Source of the DNA: Octopus sinensis
Taxonomy: Eukaryota
Assembly: GCF_006345805.1 (NCBI RefSeq)
Contig: NC_043014.1
Location: forward strand, 4,216,001-4,280,000
DNA length: 64,000 nucleotides
Direction of reading: 5' to 3'
Both the position numbers and the translations under genes were made by a program. Position 1 is the first letter of the stretch, and every line of letters begins with the position of its first letter. This document shows positions 25,672 through 50,398 of the stretch, piece by piece. Below the pieces are notes generated by a model. That model was not told where the DNA came from. It did no database searches and saw only the letters and a program-made list of their open reading frames with translations.

Positions 25672-27285
25672 CCACAACCCCTAATAGACAGTGCAATCCA
25701 ACGGGTACTTAAATTAAGTATAGAAGACCTGAGACAAACAAAACCAAAAAAGAAAGAACAATTAAAAACCCTTCCCTACATCTCTGCACACAACCCACTC
25801 AACAATGAGGCCTTCAACACCATACTACAAAGCACAGCCCTACTAAAGGGAGACCCAAAGATGAACCGGATCCTCGAAACACACACCATCATTAAAAGTA
25901 AACGGCAACCAAAATCCTTGAAAAGGATTTTAACCCAAGCTACACTGCACTCAACATCAACCACAAAACCAGCAGTTAGAAAATGTGGAAGGCCCAACTG
26001 CGGAATCTGTGGCATCTTGAAGGAAGGATCATAATTTATACTGGAACAAGGCCACCAGTTCACCATTAGAACAAACTTCACCTGCGCATCAGAAAACTTA
26101 ATTTACGTAATAACATGCGCAGGCTGCAATAGGCAGTATATAGGCCATACAAAAAATAGCTTACGTAACAGGATGGCGGTGCATAAATCACAAATTAGAA
26201 ACCCTGATTACCGCAAAATACCGGTCAGCGGACACATAGATAGATGTGCTGGAAATATAAATCCGAAATTTACAACTAACCCGCTCTATAAATTCAGTGA
26301 CAACGCAACCTTTACACAACGCCAAAATAAAGAACTATATTTCATAAAAAAATTTAGACCAAGTTTAAACACCCTGGGCCAGGATAAGTCCTCCGAAAGA
26401 TAAGTCCTCCGAAAAGGAGAGGCAAAATTCCACCAAGGCCGCTACCATAAACAGTCACTCGCACTGACGGAAATATGCCTTAGTTAAAAAAAAGGAAAAA
26501 AATTCTTTAGTACAAATCTGACCCTGCAAATCTGACATACGATACAGCTAAGGGTCAGACCCGATTCTGATTGGTCAACATGTTGATGACGTCTTGTTCT
26601 GCTAGAATGGACAGAATACAAACAGGGGGCAGAGATTGGTCACAATATTGATGACGTACTTTTCTGCTTGACTGGTCACCTAACAAAATACAGACAGGTG
26701 GCAGATCCAATGCAGCTATAAGTCGCGATGAAACGACTGGTCAAAACAGGAAACAAACAAGAGGCAGTTCTAATACAGCGATTAGTCACGATTGGTCAAA
26801 ATGTTGATGACGTGGACGTCACGCTACGCTGGACTGACCACCTGACAGGCATTATAAAAACACGAACAATCTACAAAACACACCAGAATAACCCAGCGAA
26901 CAACAACCACCATGGGTCACCACAATTGCTTAAGGTAAAAATGAATTCCTCGCTCTTTCGGGAACACCAATCCTCTGTATTGACTGCTTTCCACCACTTT
27001 GATCTGTTTTTTGTATTGAAAACGTATCGCCACCGTGGGCCACTGCATCGAACACTTTGAACATATAGTATGAATGAACATACTTCAAACTATATCAAAA
27101 CTTTAAAATGTCTGACTCCGTTGAGTATTATAAATGAATTTCTTGTGTTTGACGGCATTAGCTGTCTTTTTTTATATATAACTCTTTTTGATAAGGTTCA
27201 TTTCAGGAACTGAAACATGTTATAATGTATATATAAAAATTAAAAATTGTATAATATAGCAGCATTTTCGAACTTCTTTTTTTAC
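25672..27285 (+). mobile_element. 5'-truncated Penelope-like element (GIY-YIG endonuclease, Neptune-like) unique to copy C intron 1; coding remnant 25672..26403
   Basis: Frame 1 reads ...KSKRQPKSLKRIL...CGRPNCGIC...*...FTCASENLIYVITCAGCNRQYIGHTKNSLRNRMAVH...KELYFIKKFRPSLN. There is one in-frame TAA at 26032-26034 and a 16-bp tandem duplication at 26383-26414. Confidence 0.85.
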
Positions 27286-27457
<172 letters not shown>

Positions 27458-28005
27458 TCAACAATATAAGGAATGGTCATAATTGGTGATTCGACTTACT
27501 AGAAAGAGCAGCCAAACTCAAACCGCTAAATACCCTTATATTTATTAATTAATGATTTTTTGGCTATTTTTGAAATTAAATCAGCAGTTTATATTTGCTG
27601 CTGAGAAGACATCGCGATTGCGGTAGAATTTTGAAAATTTAGAGCATATGGACTGGAGGCGTCTTTACCATCGCCTCGTGGACATATACTCTTCCTAGGC
27701 TTTTCTGCTGACGAGGCACGCCAGATGTAAATATATTTAATTTAATTTAATTAATTTGTTTACGAAAGGTGGCCGAAACTATGCATAGTCCAGAGATGAA
27801 AGGGGTAAACGTTTTTATTTCCCTTTCTATTTCAGAATTACAACTAATTTGCGGTTTGAGTTTGGCTGCTCTTTCTAATGAGTCGAATGTCCTATTATGG
27901 CCATTCCTTATATTGTTGAAATATAGTATATAGTCTTTGACTATCTTTCCTTTCTCACAAACCGCTGGTAGCAGAGAATTTTTTCTAGAATTTTTTGCTA
28001 CCCAT
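27458..28005 (+). mobile_element. Non-autonomous element with 69-bp inverted repeats (27458-27526 / 27851-27919) enclosing a hammerhead motif; second copy 57699-58245
   Basis: The arms are reverse complements. It is inserted in a TA tract, present in copies C and E and absent from B and D. Confidence 0.8.
27703..27795 (+). ncRNA. Type I hammerhead ribozyme, intact core
   Basis: Stem I TTCTG/CAGAG, core CTGACGA (27708-27714), stem II GGCAC..GTGGCC with an AT-rich extension, GAAA (27775-27778), palindromic stem III CTATGCATAG and a GTC cleavage triplet (site after 27790). Confidence 0.75.
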
Positions 28006-28013
28006 ATATTTAT

Positions 28014-28060
<47 letters not shown>

Positions 28061-28094
28061 TATATATGTACATACATATGTAGAAATATGTGTG

Positions 28095-28137
<43 letters not shown>

Positions 28138-28140
28138 ATA

Positions 28141-28780
28141 CTAGCAGAGATACCCAGCATTGCTGGGGATTCAAATGGCAAAGTTGGTATATAATATATT
28201 GCAGTCATTTTGAAACAGGTGATATGGGAAAGTGCAACATTGACAACAAAACATTTGTAGAGTAAATGCTGGGCTAATTCGACTAAGCAACATGCTAAGC
28301 GTCCGTTTGGGGAGTTTCAGGCCCTAACCTGTCATGCAAAATTTGAGCTGGGGTTTGTGTGATTTTTGAAGGCACCGAAATGCTGTCAGTGGATATACTC
28401 TCCTTTGCAGCAGTGTGCGCTGTGTCTAACACGATACATCATCGGAAATTTTGACACCTCACGTCGGGTTTCTTGTCCTACATCACTCATAGAGTAAATT
28501 TGGAGGAACTGTGGTTGTTCATTCGCGGGTACCAGGGAACCAGTGAGGGGATAGATTTGCCCTTGAACTTTGACTTCGGCGTAAATTCATGTTTATCTAT
28601 CTTCTTAGATTCACCAAACGATGTCAATTGAAATGCAGAGTTGTGTGGTCTGATATTGTTCAGAAAATCTTTTGACTGGACTGAAGCGCCTTCTAGAAGA
28701 TCCCTAAGGAGTTGAGATGGTAGTGTTGGCAATGATACATGTCCGAATATGTTGTCATCTATTGCATTGTTTTGAGTTCT
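28141..28780 (-). mobile_element. Internally deleted Helitron with Rep/Hel N-terminal fragment; copies ~10895-11510, ~39654-40290, ~58317-58960
   Basis: The 3' end has the hairpin ccccagc-aat-gctggg plus CTAG (28141-28144). The minus-strand peptide VSLPTL..LRDLLEG..SKDFLNNIRQYNSAFQMTSFG...QGQVY matches the conserved Helitron F..NIR.YNS.F.(F/M)TS.G..QGQ.YH motif. The 5' end was not located. Confidence 0.8.
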
Positions 28781-28838
28781 AAACGATAATAAATACCCTG
28801 AATTTCTATTTATATGATGCTATTTCTATTTTTGACAG

Positions 28839-31800
28839 AACCGTTTCATCTCCAAGAAATCTCTCGACGATAAACCTGATGACACACCAAGTAAGAACTG
28901 ATTTTACGGCTAAAGTCTTTTACCCGTGTCTCCTTAACTAATGGTTTATGATTTCACGAACTTTGAATTAGTTCCACATTACTATCCACATGTCCACAAT
29001 AGCATATACTAAGACATTTGCCTGAATTTATTTCGAAATATATTCTACTTTACAATAATTTCCTAAATAAAATGTTACTCTAATATACTATGACATTTCT
29101 TGTGTGTATATGAGTATATATGCAGTGCTACGTCGAGAAATGTTTCGGTCCGCAAGGTTCCTCCGAGTGTGCTCTTCGCCGAGTGTCCGAGGCAATCGGT
29201 ACGTTCACTATGAAAAAATTGGAGTGCTCAGAGCGAGACCCGCCGGCTTGCATACGATAAGTATGGAATGCCATCTTCATCTGAGAATCAAATGCCCGAG
29301 CTGGCGCTTCACTGCGTTTATATCTACAATTCAGCATTCTGTCCACTCTTGTGCTTCCAATCATTCGTGAACATAGACCCGCAATAATGATGTTCCACTT
29401 TCCTACACAGTGCGTATTTGTCAATCCTGCCTTTGGGTACTCGGCAGCCAACCCATTCAGTGCACGTTGTTGGTTGCCATCAGACGAATTAGGTAGCAGC
29501 ATGTCGTCTACAAATAACAGTCGACCGATCACGTAGAGATGAATTGGGATACCTCTACCACAATGGCTGCGCATATTCAACCAGTTCACAAAAAAGAATG
29601 TGAGAAGGGGCACTAACAATGCACACTTCAACTAAGTGAAACCTTCACGTTGAAAACTTTCGACTTTTACATAAATACAATCATTTGAACATCCATATAA
29701 GTACTTTATGGCAACCAGTATTTGCCCAGTAAACTCACCTTCCTTGTAAACCATCCACAACATACCTCAGGGAACGTGATCATGTGCCTTTTCGTGGTTT
29801 ACAGCGTATTCCTCTTGGAAATGCCTCAACGTTTGCTGGAAGATCTGTCTTTGAACGATTATCTGGTCGGGTGTACTGCGTTCCGGACGGTAATCTTGGG
29901 CGCGACAACTTCCCTACTTATCGTTTCCTGAAATCTAGTGTAGACTTTTCTATAATTAGAACACACTCTCTGGTCTCTGTTTGAAAAAAATGTGATTGTC
30001 ATCCCATATTACCATTACTTTGATGTTTTTTCCAGAGGTCCCATCCGCCTAGCATACATGGATCACTCAGAGAATACAATCTGTATTTAAGGTTTCTAAA
30101 ATATCAAGCCGAACGTACTTTTAACCAGCAGCTTTATCACATTTAAGTGAGTTTAGCTCAAATAAGCGTTCAACCGAAGAAGAACCTGCCGAATAAAATA
30201 ATACAATCACGAATCCATTTCGATGTCCAAGTTCATTCAGGAGGGTCACTCTCAATTTGGATGCAAAAGTCTCCACATTTTTGTTTCTGATCCCAGCATC
30301 CACTGCAACTTCCAACTGTATTCTGTAGGTTGCACTGGATTTACCAATTTCCAGTGTTCGGCAGACCGTAGGGATTTTTAGGTTTTTAGACATTTAGGTA
30401 GTGACGAGTTGACAACTCCACCCCTTCCTTTTACCCGAACGTTCAGCATAGAGTGAAAGAGGACCGAACCTAATCAGAAACCTCTGTCACCAAGTATTTC
30501 TATACCAGGCACCCTTATAAATATCCCTGTCTTAAAATAATATCTATATCATAGAGTGGAGAGTGTGTATCCTGCACAGAAGGCTGCTATGACCTCTCCA
30601 TTAAGTTCACTGACGACATTCCTTCCAATCAATCCTTCTCACGGTTATCAGTGCCAAGGTGTGCACTGAAGTCTCCTTGCAGGACAAATGACTTTACCCC
30701 AAATATATCTAAAGCTGAGGTGAATTTTCTTAGGAAGGATTTGTATTTGACCCCGCTGTTTGCTGCATATACTTACAGCAGCCACAGTGGTCCTACATAT
30801 TCAGCCTTAGCTTCAAGAGGTGATCCCTCACACCTAGTAGGTTTCACACCATAATACAATCCGAAAGCTGGGGATTGAGAGTATCCTAATCCCACCTGTG
30901 CAGAAATTGTTGGCACCACAGTTGCGTAGGAAATTCTGTAGAGGAGACACCGATTATATCTTACAGGCAGATTAAATCTAACAATTTTCACGTTTTAAAT
31001 CTCAATTATTAAAGGTTGTTCCCCTCTTTATCTGCTTTGGTTTCCTGAGACCGTCAATTTGGTGCTCCCACCCCACGCACCCCAGATTAATTTGCAGGCT
31101 TCTTGCTGGTTGCACCGGTGTTGGGTGTGTTGTGCTACACATTTATCGAACGGACTCCTCTACTCGAGATCCGGATGCGATGTCTTTTAACTAAATCGAC
31201 AAATGATGCGGTATGGTTGTTATTTTCATATTGTAGTTATGATGGCCTTATTTGCGCCGAGTTCCAAACTGATGTTTGTAATTGACCGATGAATATTCGC
31301 ACCTGGCGAATATTTTATCATTATTCTATTGAGAATTATATATACTCATACCCAAGTTTACGTATCATACATACATCCGTTCATAGCGGAGACCGATACA
31401 CATTCTGATATTCTGAGATTATTCTCTCAAATCTTTGACATCAACGTCACCAACAGGCTCAACAGACAAATGTCTTTTTTCTTTCTTTACAATTTATTCT
31501 TATTATTTACAACTTTCGTTCTGACTTTCATTCATTCACTCGTTCTTTCTTAAATTCTATATTTCTCTCTTCTCCATCAATTCCTTCCCATCCAACATCC
31601 TACTTTGTAAATGATCCCCCAATTCTTTCTTTTAAACTACATTATTTCATTTTAATTTCGCAGAACCCGGTCTCGGATCATTGTATACCCGATGGGGTAG
31701 AACAACTTGTCCTCCTTATTCAAACCTTGTATATGACGGTTAGTATACTTTATATTTCTGACCTCTCATTTTCTTTTTGTTTTTCTCTTGTTCTCTTTTT

Positions 31801-33229
31801 ATACCTCTCATTCTCTCTTTTTGTTGCCTCCCTTTCTCTCTCACCCTCTCTGTCACGCACATGCACACACACTCACCCTTTGTCGGGTTGTCTGACATAA
31901 ACATTCTCAAATCTTCCTATGATATGTCACGTTTCAAACGTCTATACCTGTAGACTATACAGACACTACACAAGACTGCTTACTCCTTTGTAAGTATTTG
32001 GTCAAATCAGAATTTTAAATGTTGTCTACTACGGACCAAGTGAAAAGGATGTTGTCTAACTACAGAATATAGATATCTCTACGATAAATTACAGATAGCG
32101 GCTGGACTGGAAACCACCATGGCGATCAAGAATTTCAGGCTGACCAGCTTTGGATTGTAGATATCAAATACCGAGGCTGCTAACTGGTGATCAAGTGTAC
32201 TGGCTATGGATGGTGGTATTGTACGTGAGTGACCAGAGCTGAAATGTGGCCACGTGACTATCATTAACTAGAGTGCCCAATGATCATAGGTGTGTGTTAA
32301 ATTGAATAGAGTCTATTAGAATTGATGACAGTGACTGTAAACGATTAATGAAATGAACGCACAATGTAGAATGAGGACTGGACAAGCCACATACTGTAAC
32401 TGATGGAAAAAGCTAAGGACTGTATTCATTAAGTAAAATAGAGAGAGACTAAATATTAGTGAGAGAACACAACAGAGTACAGAATGCACTTCTATTCTTC
32501 TCCGCCTCACCGAAATCGTGTTATCGCTAAAACCTTGCTCTTTTCATGCACCACATCACCTCATTAATTATCCAGTATATATTTGTAAGGTAATTACGAC
32601 ACTTCCAATTCAAAACTGCTGCTTTCAACGGCTTCCCTAATCAACCACATAATCCCTAAAAATGCTCTGAATCTACTCTTTATAAACCCTACACATATCC
32701 TTTTTCGGTCGCCCACTCCGCCGTCCATTCATCTTAAGCACTACGCCATCACTGAACCTCACAATTTTTCCTCCCACCTCGTTTCTATGTATTGCATGAA
32801 ATAAAGTCTGTGTGATCATAACGTCTATGTAAGCCTGATTCGTCCGAGTCTAAACGAGAGGTTTAGCCACTGACTCTCGTATGATCGACTAAACAACATT
32901 TCATCGACGGTTACCCACCACTTCTCTGCATCTCGTCGTCTCCCGTAATGTCCTAATCAAACCTCCTACAATTTCCACCACCCAAAATATCCCCGTTCAC
33001 ACGTGAACATCTTTTCTATTTCGGATAAACACGTGTGCATGCGTTAAAAAATCTTTCCTTTTCTCCATCTGGTGACATCAACCGAAAAACACCTACCCCA
33101 TGCATACATAATAATCCACGTCGTAACCACAAATAGGTACCCGTATACACAAAACATATATATATATAAATGGAGTGGTATGAAACAATCGTACCGCATT
33201 ATCTTTGGATATCCTTGTTGCTTATTACG

Positions 33230-33261
<32 letters not shown>

Positions 33262-33966
33262 AGAAGGCAAATGCACAGCTACGATCTCGTACATACCTCA
33301 ACACACTGCTTACACTCACATAAACACTAATATATACACCACAATTCGTCCACACGTTAGTAAACCTGACTTCTTTTAAATGAAAAATTGTAATGAATGT
33401 TTCCGTTAATTCATATATAATTTTGCTTAATATCTTTCTTACTTGATTTGTTCTTACCAATTGTAGGTGTGGTTGGTGGACAAAAGGATGACCAGACAGG
33501 TGGCGGAAGTAATCTCTTGTGCCTACCTAACGACCCCATTTGGGCCAATTATACGACAGAAGTTGAAAAAGGTGGTTACATTTATGGTAGTGAATATCAA
33601 TTAGAATTATACCCAACAAATAAACTCTTTTCTTTTGCTAACGCTGAATCAATTCATCAGCACAACGTTCCGTGCGCTGTCTGTTTGACACGACAACCTG
33701 CTGTTGTTATGATGTTACCAGCCAGGACACAGTGTTACCCTGGTTGGACAGTTGAGTATTCGGGTTATTTAATGACAGAGCGTCATAATCATAAGGCCAA
33801 ACATGAATATGTGTGTGTGGATTATGCACCAGAAGCTGATCCAGCGGGTTACAGAAACGAAGATGGAGCTCTACTGTATTTCGTTCAGGCTGCTTGTGGT
33901 TCATTGCCATGTCCACCGTATGTCAATGGTCGAGAATTAACCTGCGTTGTGTGCAGTAAATACTGA
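28839..33966 (+). pseudogene. Copy C, exons 2-4 intact but exon 1 missing; join(28839..28890,31664..31738,33467..33966)
   Basis: Three exons have intact splice sites and an open frame (NRFISKKSLDDKPDDTPK/PGLGSLYTRWGRTTC.../VVGGQKDDQT...CSKY*). Upstream, the (GT)n tract that precedes exon 1 in other copies joins intron-1 sequence directly at ~24484. It may be a usable splice cassette rather than a dead copy. Confidence 0.75.
29125..31290 (-). mobile_element. Degraded non-LTR retrotransposon (RTE-like APE+RT) in intron 2; copies ~11850-13480, ~40630-42700, ~59295-61430
   Basis: Minus-strand fragments RLLFVDDMLL..QQRALNGLAAEYPKAGL (RT) and VYAA..Y..FL..F...L..VLxGDFSAHLGTDN (APE). It has many stops and frameshifts. 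It is present in all four intron 2s, so it predates the duplications. Confidence 0.75.
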
Positions 33967-36010
33967 ATCGAATTTACATTCGTTTCTATATGAAAATTTA
34001 TGTCGGCGAATCATAAAATATAATATAATAAAGCAACATATACGTTTCTTGTAATTGTGTTTCGCAGTATTGTATCCGACTAATATATGTCGTTTAAAAA
34101 ATTGCTGCTACAAGTTTTCAGAAAATATTCAAAACGAAACAACAGAGACCTCATAGAATGTGACAAATAGCTTAACAAAACGATGTAATCCTCAGGGAAT
34201 GATTCTAGAATACATTGTATGAGGTTCAGTTTATCAAATTTAAAAGTTGAAATAAAATAATGATTCGTTTAAATGTGTGTTGTATTCCGTCTTAAAATGA
34301 AAACAATCCCCAAATGAAACACCTCCGTACAAATATATCACCATTTCATGATCAATCTTCAGAAAACATGATAAAAGCTTATAACGAACATCACTAAATC
34401 AAGATGGTTTAATAAAAAAAATACTCCCATACGTATTATTGTAACTACAATCGAAGCGATGGAATCTCTGCAATCCAATCGCGGATAATACCTAATAAAG
34501 GATATTTGATATCCACTGAAGAAATACCAAAAAATGTTGACTACCTAAGTACTTGTCAGGTTACTAACACATTGAAATTTTCACGAAACACTTTCGAAAA
34601 GGGTACACACGCAGCCTCTCATCGTTCCTTGAAAACGAAATGCAAATTGACAAATGAATATATGGAAACATTCAACATGGCGTTTCCAGTGAACAGTATT
34701 AGCGCTCAGTATTAGGCATAAGCAATTTTTAGGTTCGTTAAAATGTGCTAATGCCATATTTCAAACTCTAAACGCAAATTCTGTGCAAAAAGCTGCAAGA
34801 ACAGCATATCAGTCCACTGCTGCTCCCTATCGGGTTCCAGTTCAGTCGTTATCAAAAGAAAATACCGAAGAGGGGAATATCTGGACAAACTTAAAACCAT
34901 AGCTTTAACTTAAACATAGTCAACAACAACGAGTAAGTGACGCCATTAGAGCGCCAGGCTGGAGTCTGTCGTGAGTTACCTCCCTTCGGTATTTCTCTTT
35001 GATAAATACTTCGCTAGAGGAGTTGACTTCAACCTTGTGCCCCAACAGTAACTGCGGTCGCTCGTACGGGCCTGCATTTTCCCCGCATATTTGTGTATGT
35101 GTGTGTGTGTCAGTGTTTGTGTGTAGGTGTGTGTGTGCACCAGTGAGTGTGTGTGAGAGTGTCTGTGTGTGTGTGTGTCAGTGTGTGTGTGTCAGTGTGT
35201 GTGTGTCAGTGTGTGTCAGTGTGTGTGTGTGTGTGTTTGTCAGTGTGTGTGTATGTGTGTACGTGTGTTTGTGTGTGTATGTCAGTGTGTGTCTGTTTAG
35301 TTGTGTGTGTGTGTCAGTGTGTGTGTGTCAGTGTGTGTCTGTGTGTGTGTTTGTCAGTGTGTGTGTATGTGTGTACGTGTTTTTGTGTGTGTATGTCAGT
35401 GTGTGTCTGTTTATGTGTGTGTGTGTCAGTATCTGTGTGTGTCAGTGTATGTGTGTGTGTATCAGTTTGTGTGTGTGCGTGTGTGTGTCAGTGTGTGTGT
35501 GTGTGTGTATGTCAGTGTGTGTGTGTATGTGTGCTAGTGTGTGTGTGTATGTATGTAAGTGTGTGCGTGTGTTTGTGTGTGTGTGTCTGTGTATTTGTCG
35601 GTTGAACGAAATACTTCCCACACTGAATATTAAAACAGCTTCCCAAGAATAACAAATAAAATTAAATAACAACATTAGTAAATAAATATATCATAATATA
35701 TCCAGAAACGGGAATCGTTTCACTTTACACGTGTCTCTCATTCATCAAAATATTTTGCTAATTATAGTGTGACAATATCAAACCATCTCTTTCCAATAAT
35801 TAAACCTGTCAGACAAGTTCACGCCCACTTTTACAGTTCCACCAATCGCATTGGTTCATAAATTTACGGTAAGATCTATGCCAGAGCTGGGTTGTTGTGC
35901 GCTCAATAAATACGTGGAATTCAGTTACAGGGCTTCAGCTTAAACCTCGCATCTCGATCTTTTGTTGAAGCCACACGAAGTATCACGTACGACCGACAAC
36001 TGTCACCAGA

Positions 36011-48403
<12,393 letters not shown>

Positions 48404-49900
48404 ATAGAAATTAAATTCGGTTCCATATGAAAATGTCTCTGTGAATTAGAAGAAACAATATAAAATTTTCTATTTTGTTACCTAATATTTTCTTCAAAGT
48501 ATGTCTATCGTTACAATAAACTGTTGTACTAGTTTACAGAAGATATTCAAACAATACAAAAGAGGCGACCTAGAATGCCAGAAATATCCTCAAAAACAAG
48601 AAAAATCTAAATCTGTCGAAATGATTCTAGAAAACATTTTGTAAGATTTCAGTTTATCAAACTTATCGTTGAAATAAAATGTTATTTTGTTTAACAGTAT
48701 TTTGTCTTCTGTCTCATGATTCAACAAACCCCAAATAAAGTACCACCATAGAATTATATCAGCTTTTCATGCACAGCCTTAGAAAATCTAATACTCGGCG
48801 CTGCTATCTCAGACATCTTGGTTTTCAAATTACAACACGGATTCTGACAAGGAGCCATGAACCGCTACATTACTTAGCACAGAACTTAACTGATTCTTTC
48901 AACAACAACCAGATACTTCCACACAATCCATTCTATTTGCCGTTATTAATCAAGAAAGCTTTCCGTTCCATTCCTACCCCATATCTTATAAAACCTATTT
49001 ATCGTCAACTTTAGAAATATCACAAAATGTTCAATTTAAGCTTTCTGAGAATGTGGAATTTACACAATCAATCCCTCAAAAGACAGGATAAATGAGAATT
49101 GGTCCTGCCAACCTAAATCTATATCACAAAATTCCCACCTCTCTTCAAAATAAGATACAAAATGAAACTCGATGCACACAACATACACTTCATACACTAA
49201 ACGCTGATATAGAAGAATAAGAAAGGAAATCAACGAGAAAAATTGCCTCATTTCAGCAGCAGAGCTCAACAAAGACGACGATTTCTTTCACTCATCTACG
49301 TAAACATACCAGAACCGAAGAAAGGATGGATCCTAGAAGCTGAATACATTTCATGCGAAACGAATACAACACCCATAAAAGTGAGAGTAAAGAGAGCAAA
49401 TATAGTCAGGGCAAGCACGGATGCTGTGTGTAAGAAGGCTGAGATGTTGTGACCGTCACGTGATATCCAATAGGATTCATGACAGTATGTTGGAGTGTGT
49501 CGAATATTTGTTAGATAAACGAAGGGTTCGGTTAACAGCATCAAGCTGCAATAAAGATTAAAGATTATTAATGTTTACTATCCCACTATTATTAGTCTGA
49601 TGGGTAAATCTGCATCCGCTTCTCTAGATTACAAATATTTTCTTGGTTGTAATTCGTAAACAATTACAGAGAATACGGACGCTGGTAGATCTTCAAATTC
49701 ATCTTTTGATTCAGCGGCATAATTAGACAGTTAAAACGACCGCCAGGTGTTTAAGCTGTACAGAGCATGCGCAGCTGCATATGCAACCCGCCATTACAAT
49801 AGGAAAAATTATGGGACTTTGTTGAAATCTGACATGGCTGTAAGATTTATTTTGTAGCTTATTTCGAATAACCCTTATTTCGAGGGCCAAACCGAGATTG

Positions 49901-49952
<52 letters not shown>

Positions 49953-50364
49953 ATATATATATATATTAAATTTGGTCAAACTATATCTGAGGGGTCTAAT
50001 ATGCTTCCTCTAAGAAAATTTAATCATAACTATGGAATTCCGTCGTACATATGCAGTCCATACGGAAGGTGCACTTGCGAATTGAGTTTCAGATGGGAGA
50101 CACTGTACCTGTATGTTTTGCTATGATTTATAAAGCAAGAAGAAAAATATTCAAAGCTAGTGATAATGACTAGCTAAAAATATGTATGAATGTCATTATT
50201 CGGTTTTAATGGAATATTTCTGGCCAACAGAAAGAGAGACGGCTTCTAACTTAGTTCCAAGTATCTTTCATTGGAATTTCAACAACATGAACAGGATATT
50301 TTTGTATGTATGTATGCATGTATGTATGTATGTATGTATGTATGTATGTATGTATGTATGTATG

Positions 50365-50398
<34 letters not shown>

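Noticed and set aside
27185-27225. Hammerhead at the 3' end of the Penelope fragment (TTGATAA-GGTTC..GAACT-GAAACATGTT)
   Set aside because: There are two core substitutions and no stem I pairing. It may be a decayed relic but is not supportable.
34999-35095. CPNSNCGR as a zinc-finger or LINE C-terminal fragment
   Set aside because: It is too short, has no upstream coding context and runs straight into a GT microsatellite.
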